Assembly (NCBI GenBank): GCA_963714015.1
Contig: OY970223.1
Coordinates: 2,560,001 to 2,624,000, forward strand
Direction: 5' to 3'
DNA: 64,000 bases
Origin: Vulcanimicrobiota bacterium
Lineage (GTDB): Bacteria; Vulcanimicrobiota; Vulcanimicrobiia; Vulcanimicrobiales; Vulcanimicrobiaceae
How positions within the stretch are numbered: position 1 is the first letter of the stretch; every line of letters starts with the position of its first letter. A program made the translations under genes and the position numbers. A model generated the notes under the pieces. It searched no databases, had not been told where the DNA came from, and saw only the letters and a list, made by a program, of their open reading frames with translations. Shown here piece after piece: positions 10,960 through 20,286 of the stretch.

Positions 10960-12003
10960 TTGCGCAAACACGTTTTTGGATTGGCCCTTGCGGGGGCGTC
11001 GGCTATGCTGGTGGCCTGCGGCGGCGGATCCACGCCGTCCGCGATCCCCACGGCATCTCCCGCCCCGAAGCAAACGGCTTCTCCAAGCCCTAAGCCGACC
11101 GCTTCGCCGACGCCGACTCCGACGACCGGCCCGAATTCGCAGATGATCTTCGTGGCGGATCGCACCACCAACGCGATCCTCGGATTCGCCGCGAACGCGT
11201 CCGGCAACGCCGCTCCGACCATCGACATCACGAGCTCCGCGTCGGGCTTCGGTCCAGCACTATCGCTCGCGATGAGCGCAAACGGCACGATGTACGAAGC
11301 CGGCGACAGCACCGATTACATCAACGTATTCAATTGGGGCGACAACGGCAACATCTCGCCGGATTCATGGGTGCAGAACAGCAACCCCGTGACGAGCGAG
11401 GGAGTCGCGGTCGATTCGAGTGGAAACATGTACGAATCTTCGTACTCTTTCCCATGCGAAATCGACGAGTACGCCGCCGGCAGCAGCGGCACGATGGCTC
11501 CCACGAACGTTCTCTCGGGAGCGAATACGCAACTGACTTTCCCGACGGACATGGCGTTCGACTCGAGGAATCGACTGTACGTCGGCCAGGGGGGCAGCTC
11601 CATCCTGATCTTCGCGGCGGGCGCGACGGGCAACGTCGCACCGGTTGCGACCATTGCCGGTTCGAACACGACGTTGACGTCGGTAACGGCGATGTCGTTC
11701 GACGCCGCTGGCCGCCTGCTCGTGGCGGATGCCTCGGGCAAGATCCTGGTGTTCGCGGCCGGGGCTACGGGCAACGCAACTCCGGTGCAGACGATCTCGG
11801 GATCGAACACCGGTCTCTCGGCTCCGAGCGGCGTCGCGGAAGACGCCCAGGGCGGAATCTGGGTTTCCGACAACGGTTCCTCGCCGAACACGACGGGACT
11901 GTATCGGTTCTCTAAGAACGCGAACGGCAACGTCGCGCCGATCAGCACGATCAAAGGCGCGGCGACGCTGCTTGTCGACCCGTTCTACGTGCAATTGCAC
12001 TAA
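10960..12003 (+). CDS. NHL-repeat/beta-propeller lipoprotein
   Basis: GGAG then TTG; lipobox LVAC-GGG; P/T-rich linker; repeats of FAAGATGNVAP..TISGSNT.L..P. Confidence 0.85.
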   Translation: MRKHVFGLALAGASAMLVACGGGSTPSAIPTASPAPKQTASPSPKPTASPTPTPTTGPNSQMIFVADRTTNAILGFAANASGNAAPTIDITSSASGFGPALSLAMSANGTMYEAGDSTDYINVFNWGDNGNISPDSWVQNSNPVTSEGVAVDSSGNMYESSYSFPCEIDEYAAGSSGTMAPTNVLSGANTQLTFPTDMAFDSRNRLYVGQGGSSILIFAAGATGNVAPVATIAGSNTTLTSVTAMSFDAAGRLLVADASGKILVFAAGATGNATPVQTISGSNTGLSAPSGVAEDAQGGIWVSDNGSSPNTTGLYRFSKNANGNVAPISTIKGAATLLVDPFYVQLH

Positions 12004-12020
12004 GGCGCGACGGTGTAGAA

Positions 12021-12060
12021 GCGAAACGGCCCGGGTTTTCGGACTCGGGCCGTTTTCGTT
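12021..12060 (+). terminator. Intrinsic terminator
   Basis: GAAACGGCCCGGGTT-TTCG-GACTCGGGCCGTTTTC just after the stop at 12003. Confidence 0.8.
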
Positions 12061-12434
12061 CGTTCGCTGGAATCTGCGCAGGGCTCGCCGCGCGGCGGCG
12101 GTATCGGAAGGGAAACCAATGAACCGTAGATGCCAGGAAAAACAAACGCCTATCGCGGCCGTCAGTATTATACGCTGACGTATAAGAGTATCGCCGGTCA
12201 ACCGTTGCCGGCCGGAATCCGAACCCGGATATGAAGTCCTTTTCCCGTGACGCACGCGCGGAACCCGTTCGAAGCCGGGCGCTCCGAACACAAACGGCAT
12301 TACGGCTAGACTCTTTCCGATGACGCCGGCCTACAGAAGCTCGACCACCAAAAACCATAACAGGACTTAGATGAGCCCTTCGAGTCAAAACCGGACTTAC
12401 GTTCAAAATGTCACCAGGGCCTAGTTGAAATGCT

Positions 12435-12473
12435 GAGTATGTACCGGTTGGAATATGTACCGGTTACGGGTAA
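12435..12473 (+). repeat. Dispersed ~39-bp element, copy 3
   Basis: GAGTATGTACCGGTTGGAATATGTACCGGTTACGGGTAA; 32/39 to copy 2; both continue with WAGCTAGA. Confidence 0.85.
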
Positions 12474-12554
12474 AAGCTAGAACCTTCCGGGTAATCCACT
12501 TAAGAGGGCGACGGCGTGAAGGCGCGGCCGCTCTCTTCCCATTTCTTGGTCGGT

Positions 12555-13073
12555 CTACAAACGAAACAGCATCGCAAGGCCAGATGAGAGAACCTTCATC
12601 ATAAACGCCGGTGAATAGCCTTTGTACGAAGGGATGTCGTCCGCGAATACCTTGCCATTCTGCAGAAAGCTGGTGCAGATACGCATCTGTATCGCCGGCG
12701 CATTAGGCCCGAGTCGCTCGCGGTAGATTGGGACCCAATGCCGCGCGTCATCGAAGCGCATCAAGACCGCCGAATTGCAGCAGCAGGCGACGACCCGATT
12801 TGTCTTGGGATTATGCTCGACCTTATAGTCTTTGAGGAGTTCGGAGCCCTTGACGTAGGTCACACGATCCTTCCGGTAAAGGACATATTCCGTGCCGCCG
12901 TCTGCCCGTCGCACGGAAGGCGCATTCGGCAACGCTTCGATGCGGCTCGAACCTTCCTGGCACGTGTCGCAGTAACAAGCGAAACTACCGATCGGCACGC
13001 CCTTAAGCACCAAAGCGACGGACCCGCAAGAACACTCAGCAAATACCGTGTTGTCGGCGGCTTGAAGCGTCAT
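12555..13073 (-). CDS. GFA/Mss4-like zinc-binding protein
   Basis: CSCGSV, CYCDTCQ, CCCNS cysteine pattern. Confidence 0.8.
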   Translation of the reverse strand: MTLQAADNTVFAECSCGSVALVLKGVPIGSFACYCDTCQEGSSRIEALPNAPSVRRADGGTEYVLYRKDRVTYVKGSELLKDYKVEHNPKTNRVVACCCNSAVLMRFDDARHWVPIYRERLGPNAPAIQMRICTSFLQNGKVFADDIPSYKGYSPAFMMKVLSSGLAMLFRL

Positions 13074-13099
13074 GGGTGTTCGTGTGCCGTGAGGGAGAA

Positions 13100-13138
13100 A
13101 TTATCCCTCTTTGCGTCCAAGTGTCAACCACCTGACAC
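13100..13138 (-). promoter_or_regulatory. Candidate sigma70 promoter with an overlapping palindrome
   Basis: Minus strand TTGACA-16 nt-GATAAT; inverted repeat GTGTCA-N6-TGACAC at 13121-13138 overlaps the -35. Confidence 0.5.
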
Positions 13139-13140
13139 AT

Positions 13141-13179
13141 GAATACGCCCACGTTGGAATAGGTGCACCTTACCAGTAA
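13141..13179 (+). repeat. Dispersed ~39-bp element, copy 4
   Basis: GAATACGCCCACGTTGGAATAGGTGCACCTTACCAGTAA; 31/39 to copy 2. Confidence 0.8.
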
Positions 13180-13478
13180 AGCCCCGGATTTTCATCAGAT
13201 GTTACAATTCACCGTCTGATGATCGTGCTCAGAAACGCGTGATTGAAGGGGTTGTCGGCAATACACCGTCAGCCTCTTCTTCTTTTGCCGCCTGCATTTG
13301 AAAGGGCACGTAATGCCGGCCGAACTTTTAACCGCCACGCCGCGCCGCCACGTGCATTCACCGAAACTGACTTATGTCAGCCATCCCCGACATTACGCGT
13401 CATCTTCTTGCGGTCGTGCTCCAAATGCCGGCGCGGAACGTTTTTACCAACGCGAACTGAATTAACTTCGATGGGCCG

Positions 13479-13952
13479 TCAAAGTGGCGCCATGCAGCAC
13501 ATTGAACTAATGCTGCCACCGGCCCAATCGTACCGAACGTAAACACAAGAACCCGCGCGTTCCCCGTGATGAGCGGAAAATATGCTTTGCCAATCTCCAC
13601 CGTAGCCGCCCTCAACTTGTCCCACGCTAATGGGCGCACTCAGGAGAATCCCTACCGACCGCCCACGAACCCATTCGACCCTAAGGGGCGCTGGAAGGAC
13701 GGGGAACGCCAACAACGCCGAACCGGATCGAACGTTGCTGATATGAGTTCGTTTCAGCGCAAACAAAAGTTCCTTAGCTTCCGTGTCCTGAAGTTGTTTG
13801 GAATCGAAAAGAGGCAATAATACTTCACACGGGGCGAGAGTGACATAGGCAAGAGCAGCACATATAACTACGAGAGCAACCGTCCCCGCTACGATAACAG
13901 GGCGCAAGTTCACCAAACGTTCCGAACTTTCGTTTCTATAAACATGACTCAA
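13479..13952 (-). CDS. Hypothetical membrane-anchored protein
   Basis: 157-aa ORF with one N-terminal hydrophobic helix; no recognised motif. Confidence 0.45.
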   Translation of the reverse strand: MSHVYRNESSERLVNLRPVIVAGTVALVVICAALAYVTLAPCEVLLPLFDSKQLQDTEAKELLFALKRTHISNVRSGSALLAFPVLPAPLRVEWVRGRSVGILLSAPISVGQVEGGYGGDWQSIFSAHHGERAGSCVYVRYDWAGGSISSMCCMAPL

Positions 13953-14022
13953 ATAGAACTACCATCTTCAAATTCCAAAGCGTTTAGACCGGCAACAGGT
14001 CCATCAATGAACGTGTGAGCTG

Positions 14023-14276
14023 AGCTCATTTACGTATCCGATGATTCCGCGCGGACGATTGATCGGCGCGCTTTGCTGGGGCCGAAGCACTCGCAAGAGT
14101 CTTACGCGCCCGACGAGTCCGATGCAATAGAGGATCTGGCGGACCATGTGGCCGGCGTGCTCGATGTATTGGGCCGCCCGGCTTCAGGCGACGGCGCCGT
14201 TTTAACCGAATTGAAATCATGCACCGCGCGTTGGCTGATCTTTTCATCGCTCCGATCCGAAATCAAACGCAGTTAG
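14023..14276 (+). pseudogene. 3' remnant of a GAF-like domain protein
   Basis: YPMIPRGRLIGAL / LGPKHSQESYAPDESDAIEDLADHVAGVLDVL, a GAF-terminal pattern with no start or N-terminal part. Confidence 0.5.
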
Positions 14277-14295
14277 ACTGAGCGGCTTTTGGTGA

Positions 14296-14345
14296 GAATT
14301 CGCGGCGAGCATAGGGATGCCGCACCTGTAAAGGCCCCGGAATTT
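14296..14345 (+). repeat. Possible degenerate copy 5 of the dispersed element
   Basis: GAATTCGC..ATAGG..ACCTGTAAAGGCCCCGGAATTTT versus copy 4 plus flank ACCAGTAAAGCCCCGGATTTT. Confidence 0.45.
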
Positions 14346-14392
14346 TTAAACGGTAGGCGAATGCGGGGCCTTGTTCTTGCATCACGGTTGGC

Positions 14393-14845
14393 TTACAAGC
14401 AGTTAAGGTTCGGGACGGACATTGCATCTGACGAACTCTTGTGCGGGTCGAAACTATATGACATGAAGCGCAGCTTGACTAGCGGCCGCTCAGAAGTGTA
14501 GGCCTCATCCGAGTGACCCGCGACCAGAACACCACGCAAAGTGATGTCCCATCCGCTGCCGGAATTGTCAACAATCATCGCTTTCAAAATCCGCTTGCGC
14601 TGCGACGCCAACCTTTGAAACGTTCTCAAATCTACACGCTTGGTTAAGCCAATAAACAACACGGTCGGAGAATCGCCTTTTCCCCAAAAATTCATCTTGT
14701 TCCCGGTCACGGTGAATAGGTCGACAGCTCCGGTTTCCTTGGAGCAAAATACGGCGCCGGCGACCGGGGCCGGAAAACTCGCGACACAAACGAGGGTCGA
14801 CACGATGATGAGCAGTGATAAAATGCTTTGTCGCAACGAAATCAC
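14393..14845 (-). CDS. Hypothetical secreted protein
   Basis: Signal-peptide-like N-terminus; GGAG upstream. Confidence 0.55.
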   Translation of the reverse strand: MISLRQSILSLLIIVSTLVCVASFPAPVAGAVFCSKETGAVDLFTVTGNKMNFWGKGDSPTVLFIGLTKRVDLRTFQRLASQRKRILKAMIVDNSGSGWDITLRGVLVAGHSDEAYTSERPLVKLRFMSYSFDPHKSSSDAMSVPNLNCL

Positions 14846-15443
14846 CCGTCTCCAACCGTCGGCTAACTCCCGAACAAATACGAACGTCGGCTTCTTACCC
14901 TAACCCAACATGGCACCCTCCTTTCCAGGGACGCTCGGATTATGCCCTACGGTGGCGCGGCGTGATTCAAGTACAAAAACTATGATACGCCGTTGTTCCG
15001 ACGCAATTGAAAAGGCCATCGTCCATAAGCAATGACGATAGTGAGGAGCCCGATTGCGTTCTTGTCTGCAAAGTGACGGTACAACGCCATGGGGGTCAGT
15101 TGGCCGTCTTTCGTGGGCTCGCGCATCAAGCGCGACGGTATCGCAACGTTCAAACCACCGCTTCGCAGCGCGAAGGATCCGCTGCTTCGTGCTCAGCCTG
15201 GGGATTAGTATACGGCGTATACATGGGCCTGAATTTGCAAGGCCCTCACCCCAGGCGCCGGCATGTCGTTTGCGGCGCCGACATTTGGGTCCGGGCAAGA
15301 AGAAATCGATCAGGGGTAAAATACGAGAAAAGGCAACATTGTAATGCGGCCAACGACCGGTCACGATGCGGCGTCCGAAATCGGGCCGCTCGACGGCTTT
15401 CAACTAATTTCAGGGGAGTAGTGATATCAGTAGACGCAAATCG

Positions 15444-15815
15444 ATGTTCTTCGCAATCCTATGCTGTGCTCAGTTTCCAGGGTGCAATCAGTCAACGCCT
15501 AATGCGGCTGGATTTATTCCGCTGGCGGCTCCGGTTCTTTCATGGACAGCCCCGTGGGTGCAAGGACCGCAAACCGGAACCATCGCATTCCAGTCGATCG
15601 GCCAGAACGTGACACTGTCGGCGAGCGCCGCTCAGCCCGGCGGTTCAATGCCGCCTTACACATTCACACCCGGAAACTGCGTGACGATGTCCAACCAGTC
15701 AACCAGTGGTAATACGCAAAATGTCACGCTTACCGCCGCCAGCGGGGGGTCCTGCAGTGTGTCGGTTAAGGGCACTCTCAGCTCGTCAACCTCCATACAG
15801 GTGACGGTACCCTGA
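15444..15815 (+). CDS. Hypothetical small exported beta-rich protein, possibly a lipoprotein
   Basis: Hydrophobic start and PGC; S/T-rich beta-strand pattern similar to the 30614 ORF. Confidence 0.6.
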   Translation: MFFAILCCAQFPGCNQSTPNAAGFIPLAAPVLSWTAPWVQGPQTGTIAFQSIGQNVTLSASAAQPGGSMPPYTFTPGNCVTMSNQSTSGNTQNVTLTAASGGSCSVSVKGTLSSSTSIQVTVP

Positions 15816-16003
15816 TAGACATGAAAGATGATGTCGCCGGAAATGCCGCAAAACGTTTGCGGGAAGCAATCTGCTCGCGGACCGGCGCGGGCCTCAGCTC
15901 GCGCTTAATCAGCGGCTCGGCTTGCCAAGCGCCCCGGCTCAAAAAGGAAAGTCTGCGCACAGCCAGGGCGGACGGCACGCGGCAATCAGCGAACGGGCGG
16001 GAC

Positions 16004-18811
16004 ATGACCGTGCCGCTGGAACCGGCAGCCTCAGCGTCCGGCTTTCTGCCGTCCGGGACGGTCACTTTTCTGTTTTCAGACATTGAAGGGAGCACGCAGC
16101 GCTGGGAGCGGGACCGCGAAGCAATGCGAGACGCGCTGCAACGGCACGACGCTCTGCTGCGTGCGAGGATCGAAGCGCACGGCGGCCGAGTCTTTAAAAC
16201 TGTCGGTGATGCGTTTTGCGCCGTGTTCGCGCGCGCGGAAGACGCGATCGCCGGGGCGCTGGAGGTGCAACGCGCGCTAGCGGCAGCGGACTTCTCGGCG
16301 GCCGGCGGCGTGCGCGTGCGCATGGCGCTGCACACCGGCACCGCCGACGAACGCGATGGTGATTACTTCGGCCGCACCGTCAACCGCATCGCTCGACTAT
16401 TGGCGATCGGCCACGGCGGACAGGTCCTTATTTCCGGCGCAACAGCCGAACTCGCGCGGGGCGACATGCCGACCGAAGCGACACTCCATGACCTCGGCGC
16501 GCATCGACTCAAAGATCTCGCGCGGCCGGAACGAGTCTACCAACTCGTCGCGCCCGATCTGCTGCGCGACTTCCCGCCGCTGCGCTCGCTTGACGTTCTC
16601 CCCAACAATCTGCCGCCGCAACTGACCTCCTTCGTCGGGCGCGCAACCGAGGTTGCCGAGATCGGCGCGCTGATCGCACCGCGGCGCGTCGTTACGATCG
16701 TCGGATCGGGCGGCGTCGGAAAGACGCGCACATCGCTGGAGGTCGGCGCGAACCTGCTTGACGGCTCCAACGACGGCGTCTGGTTCGTTGAGCTCGCGCC
16801 TATCGCCGATCCGGCCCTCGTGCCGATCACGATCGCGGGTGCGCTGGGCCTGATCTTACCGGCCGAAGGCGACCCGCTCGACGCACTCGTAAAGTTGCTG
16901 CGGCCGAAGCACTGCCTGTTAATCCTCGACAACTGCGAGCACCTCGTCGAGGCCGCCGCCGCCGCCGCGTCGGCGATCGTGCGCGGTTGCCCCGGCGTGG
17001 CGATCCTGGCTTCGAGTCGTCAGCGCCTTGGCATCGAAGGTGAGCGGACGTACCGAATGCCGTCGCTCGCGCTTCCAAGCGAAGCCGAGGCCGAGCGACT
17101 GACGGCAGCCGGCGCGAGCGCTTACGGCGCAATTGCACTGTTTATCGAACGCGCCGGCATGGCCGACAAGCACTTCTTATTGAGCGACGAGTCCGCACCG
17201 ATCGTCGCCGACATCTGCCGCCGGCTCGACGGAGTTGCGCTCGCGATCGAGCTGGCCGCTGCGCGCGTCGCGATCCTGCGTCCGCGCGAGTTGCGGACGC
17301 GGCTCGATCAGCGTTTCCGCGTGCTGACCGGCGGCCGGCGCGACGCGCTTCCGCGTCAGCAAACGCTCCATGCACTCATCGACTGGAGCTTCGATTTGCT
17401 CGACGAACGCGAACGCCGGCTTTTCCGCCGCCTCGGCATCTTCGTCAATGGCTTTACACTCGAAGCCGCCGCCGTCACGGCGGTGGACGACGTCGGCGAT
17501 GAAACCGGGAGCGACGAGCGCCTAGACGAATTCACCGTCTTCGACGTGCTCGCGTCACTCGTCGACAAGTCGCTCGTCGTCGCTGAACCTGAAGGTGAGA
17601 CGACGCGCTACCGGCTGCTGGAATCGATGCGCGCCTACGCGCGGGAGAAGCTTGACGCCGCCTGCGAGCGGGAACGCCTCGCCGAATGCCATCTGCGTTA
17701 CTTGCGCGACGTGTTCGTGCGCGTGGGCGAAGCATTCGAGCAGATGCCTCGCGATAATGACGTTCTGGCGCTGGCGGTCGAACTCGACGATGCGCGCGCG
17801 GCGCTCGAGTGGGCGGCGCAGAGCGGTCGGGCTACACTTGGCGGTGAGCTCTACGTTGCGACCCTGTTATGGGACCGGCTCGGCCTCCAACGGGAAGCCT
17901 TCGCGATCGCCGAGCGGTACGTGCCACTGCTCGAGCGCGCCGATACTGCTTTGCGCAGTCGCGCCTTTACCCAGTTGTCGTACGCGGCCTTGGCCCTCCT
18001 CCGACTGGCGGAGACGGAGGCTGCGAGCGAACGAGCCGTCTCGCTCGCACGCGAATCGGGCGATCCGCTGACCTTGTCATGGGCGCTCATTCAGCGATCG
18101 AACATCTCCATATGGCACGATCGCTACGCAGAGGCGAGTGCCGAGTTATCGGAAGCGGAAACCGTCGCTCCACTGACGGCGCGCATGCGATTGATGATGG
18201 TCATACAGCAATCCTGGCTGGCCAGGTTGAAAGGAGATTTCGCCGAAGCCGCGCGTTTGCTGGAACGCTACCGTGCGATGGATCGGGCGTTCGGAAACGC
18301 GTCGACCGCCACGCTGCTGCAGTTGGCGGAGCTCGAGCACCAACGCGGCAACACGGAAGACGCCATTGCGCACATTCGTGAGGCGCTAGTCTCCGCCGCT
18401 CCGGGCAAACTCGATCGTCTGTTGCCGTACCTGTACGGAAACTTGCCGGCCTATTTGTTGGCGATCGATGACCTGAGCGGTGCGTGTATAGCGGGACGCA
18501 ATGCGCTCAACTTGCTCCGTAAGACCGATCCCGACGGTATCATTGCGGCGATTGTGATCGAACACGTATCGCTCGCCGCCGCCCTGGCCGGCGATCTCCA
18601 CGCCGCCGCCCGCCTCGAGGGCTATGCCGATGCAAACTTCCGCGCCGCCGGCTATGCCCGCGACTTCACGGAAAGGACCTCGTACGACCGACTACGCGCC
18701 CTGCTGCGCGAACGGCTTACCACTTCCACCCTCGAAGAACTCCTCGCCGAAGGGGCCGGATGGGACGCCGACACCGCTATCACCCAAGCGCTCGAAGCAA
18801 TTGCCGCCTGA
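16004..18811 (+). CDS. Class III adenylate/guanylate cyclase + STAND ATPase + TPR protein
   Basis: FSDIEGST, FKTVGDAF, DYFGRTVNRIARL; GSGGVGKT; LILDNCEH; LDGVALAIELAAAR. Confidence 0.93.
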   Translation: MTVPLEPAASASGFLPSGTVTFLFSDIEGSTQRWERDREAMRDALQRHDALLRARIEAHGGRVFKTVGDAFCAVFARAEDAIAGALEVQRALAAADFSAAGGVRVRMALHTGTADERDGDYFGRTVNRIARLLAIGHGGQVLISGATAELARGDMPTEATLHDLGAHRLKDLARPERVYQLVAPDLLRDFPPLRSLDVLPNNLPPQLTSFVGRATEVAEIGALIAPRRVVTIVGSGGVGKTRTSLEVGANLLDGSNDGVWFVELAPIADPALVPITIAGALGLILPAEGDPLDALVKLLRPKHCLLILDNCEHLVEAAAAAASAIVRGCPGVAILASSRQRLGIEGERTYRMPSLALPSEAEAERLTAAGASAYGAIALFIERAGMADKHFLLSDESAPIVADICRRLDGVALAIELAAARVAILRPRELRTRLDQRFRVLTGGRRDALPRQQTLHALIDWSFDLLDERERRLFRRLGIFVNGFTLEAAAVTAVDDVGDETGSDERLDEFTVFDVLASLVDKSLVVAEPEGETTRYRLLESMRAYAREKLDAACERERLAECHLRYLRDVFVRVGEAFEQMPRDNDVLALAVELDDARAALEWAAQSGRATLGGELYVATLLWDRLGLQREAFAIAERYVPLLERADTALRSRAFTQLSYAALALLRLAETEAASERAVSLARESGDPLTLSWALIQRSNISIWHDRYAEASAELSEAETVAPLTARMRLMMVIQQSWLARLKGDFAEAARLLERYRAMDRAFGNASTATLLQLAELEHQRGNTEDAIAHIREALVSAAPGKLDRLLPYLYGNLPAYLLAIDDLSGACIAGRNALNLLRKTDPDGIIAAIVIEHVSLAAALAGDLHAAARLEGYADANFRAAGYARDFTERTSYDRLRALLRERLTTSTLEELLAEGAGWDADTAITQALEAIAA

Positions 18812-18851
18812 ATTCGACGCGGTCGCTGCCCGACGCCGGCCGGTAGGACGA

Positions 18852-20223
18852 ATGTCGCGCGTTCCAAGTCTTATTGCCGCTGCACTAATCGCATTTCTGC
18901 CTTCATCCACATTCGCGAAGACGAATACACCCGCATCTCCTGATGAGATTCGGCGATCGCTGGACGCATACGTTAAGGGCCACCCCAAAGCGCTGATGGC
19001 GCTCGCCATGATTAGCGGAGGCAAGACGCAGACCTATTTGGTACGCGGCGCCCAGGAAGATTCGGTCCCACTCGACGATCGCACGCTCTTTGAGATTGGC
19101 TCGGTCACGAAGACGTTCACCGCGAGCCTGCTCGCGGAAATGGTCCAAAGCGGCGCGGTTGGGCTGAATGATCCCATACAAAAGTATCTTCCGGCGGGCA
19201 TCACTGCGCCGACGTTCAACGGGATCCCAATTACGCTTGCATCGCTTGCAGAACATCGGTCCGGCTTGCCGGCGGATCCGCCGAACTCGCCGTCAAAAAA
19301 CCCGTCCAACCCGTACGCCGGTTACACGACTGCCATGTTGTACGGTGTCCTCGATCATTACAAACTGATGCGAGCGCCTGGAGCACAGTACGAATACTCG
19401 AACTTCGGTTTCGCACTGTTAGGCCGGCTTCTCGCCAATCGTGCGCATAAGCCGTACGCTGCGCTTATCGAGCGTCGCATCCTTCAGCCGCTTGGAATGA
19501 AAGACACCGTTGTCATCCCTTCAACTGTCTCGAAACGGCGTCTCGCACCGGCTTTCACCTATGACGGTCAGCCACAGGGTCCGTGGGACCTGGGCGCTCT
19601 AAGCCCCGCTGGGTCGATTGAATCCGACTTGCATGACATGCTCGTGTATTTGCGGGCGAACATGAATCCGCCGCCGGGACCTTTGGGCCGTGCGTTGGTC
19701 TTCGCGCAGCAACCGCGCGTACCCGAGGACAACGAAGATTTAATGGGATTGGCATGGGAAACGTCTCTCCAACACGGTTTCCTCGATAAAGCGGGCGGCA
19801 CGGGCGGATACAGCGCCTGGATTATCTTCGATCGTCGCGCGCGTTACGGGATGGTCTTTCTGGCGAACGCTCCGAATAACGGTGATCTCAGTCAACTCGC
19901 TGCGCATATCATCATGCCGGCCAGCGAAGGGCCGCCGACCGAGTGGGCACTCGTCAAGAGAGAATCGTCTCCGTATAGCGGCAGGCTATCCCATCGCATC
20001 GAACGGCCCGCACTTCGCGCTCTCTATTTTTAAATATATGGGCCGGCTCTACGTTGAGACTCCCCAGTCCTCGCCCGAACACCTCGTCGAACTCAAGGAA
20101 AACCGCTATTCTTGGGACGCCATACATGCGATCATCACGTTCAACCGCGATGCGCACAGCAAGATTACCGGCCTCACTGTGCTGCAGAACGGCCAGATTA
20201 CACGCGCTAAAAAGCAGCCCTAG
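18852..20223 (+). CDS. Serine hydrolase, beta-lactamase family; frameshift near 19984
   Basis: GSVTKTF, YSN, KAGG; the C-terminal part (19882 frame) aligns with the downstream paralog. Confidence 0.88.
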
Positions 20224-20286
20224 GCTAGCGTCGGGAACCGTATATGTGTTGAAAGTCGACTTTGGGGTCTATCAGAGGGGAGATAA

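Noticed and set aside
7091..13179. The ~39-bp repeats as a CRISPR array
   Set aside because: Spacing is 0.7-3.6 kb with whole genes between copies, and no cas genes are visible.
7091..13179. The repeats as integron attC or Xer dif sites
   Set aside because: No RYYYAAC/GTTRRRY ends or long imperfect palindrome, and no XerC/XerD 11-6-11 layout.
13210..13405. Hammerhead-like CTGATGA...GAAAC with a distant ACGCGTC partner
   Set aside because: Stems I and II cannot form more than 1-2 pairs; the stem III match relies on the self-complementary ACGCGT.
15196..15256. tRNA gene or tRNA-derived att site
   Set aside because: Only two internal arms, no TTCRA T-loop and no CCA end.
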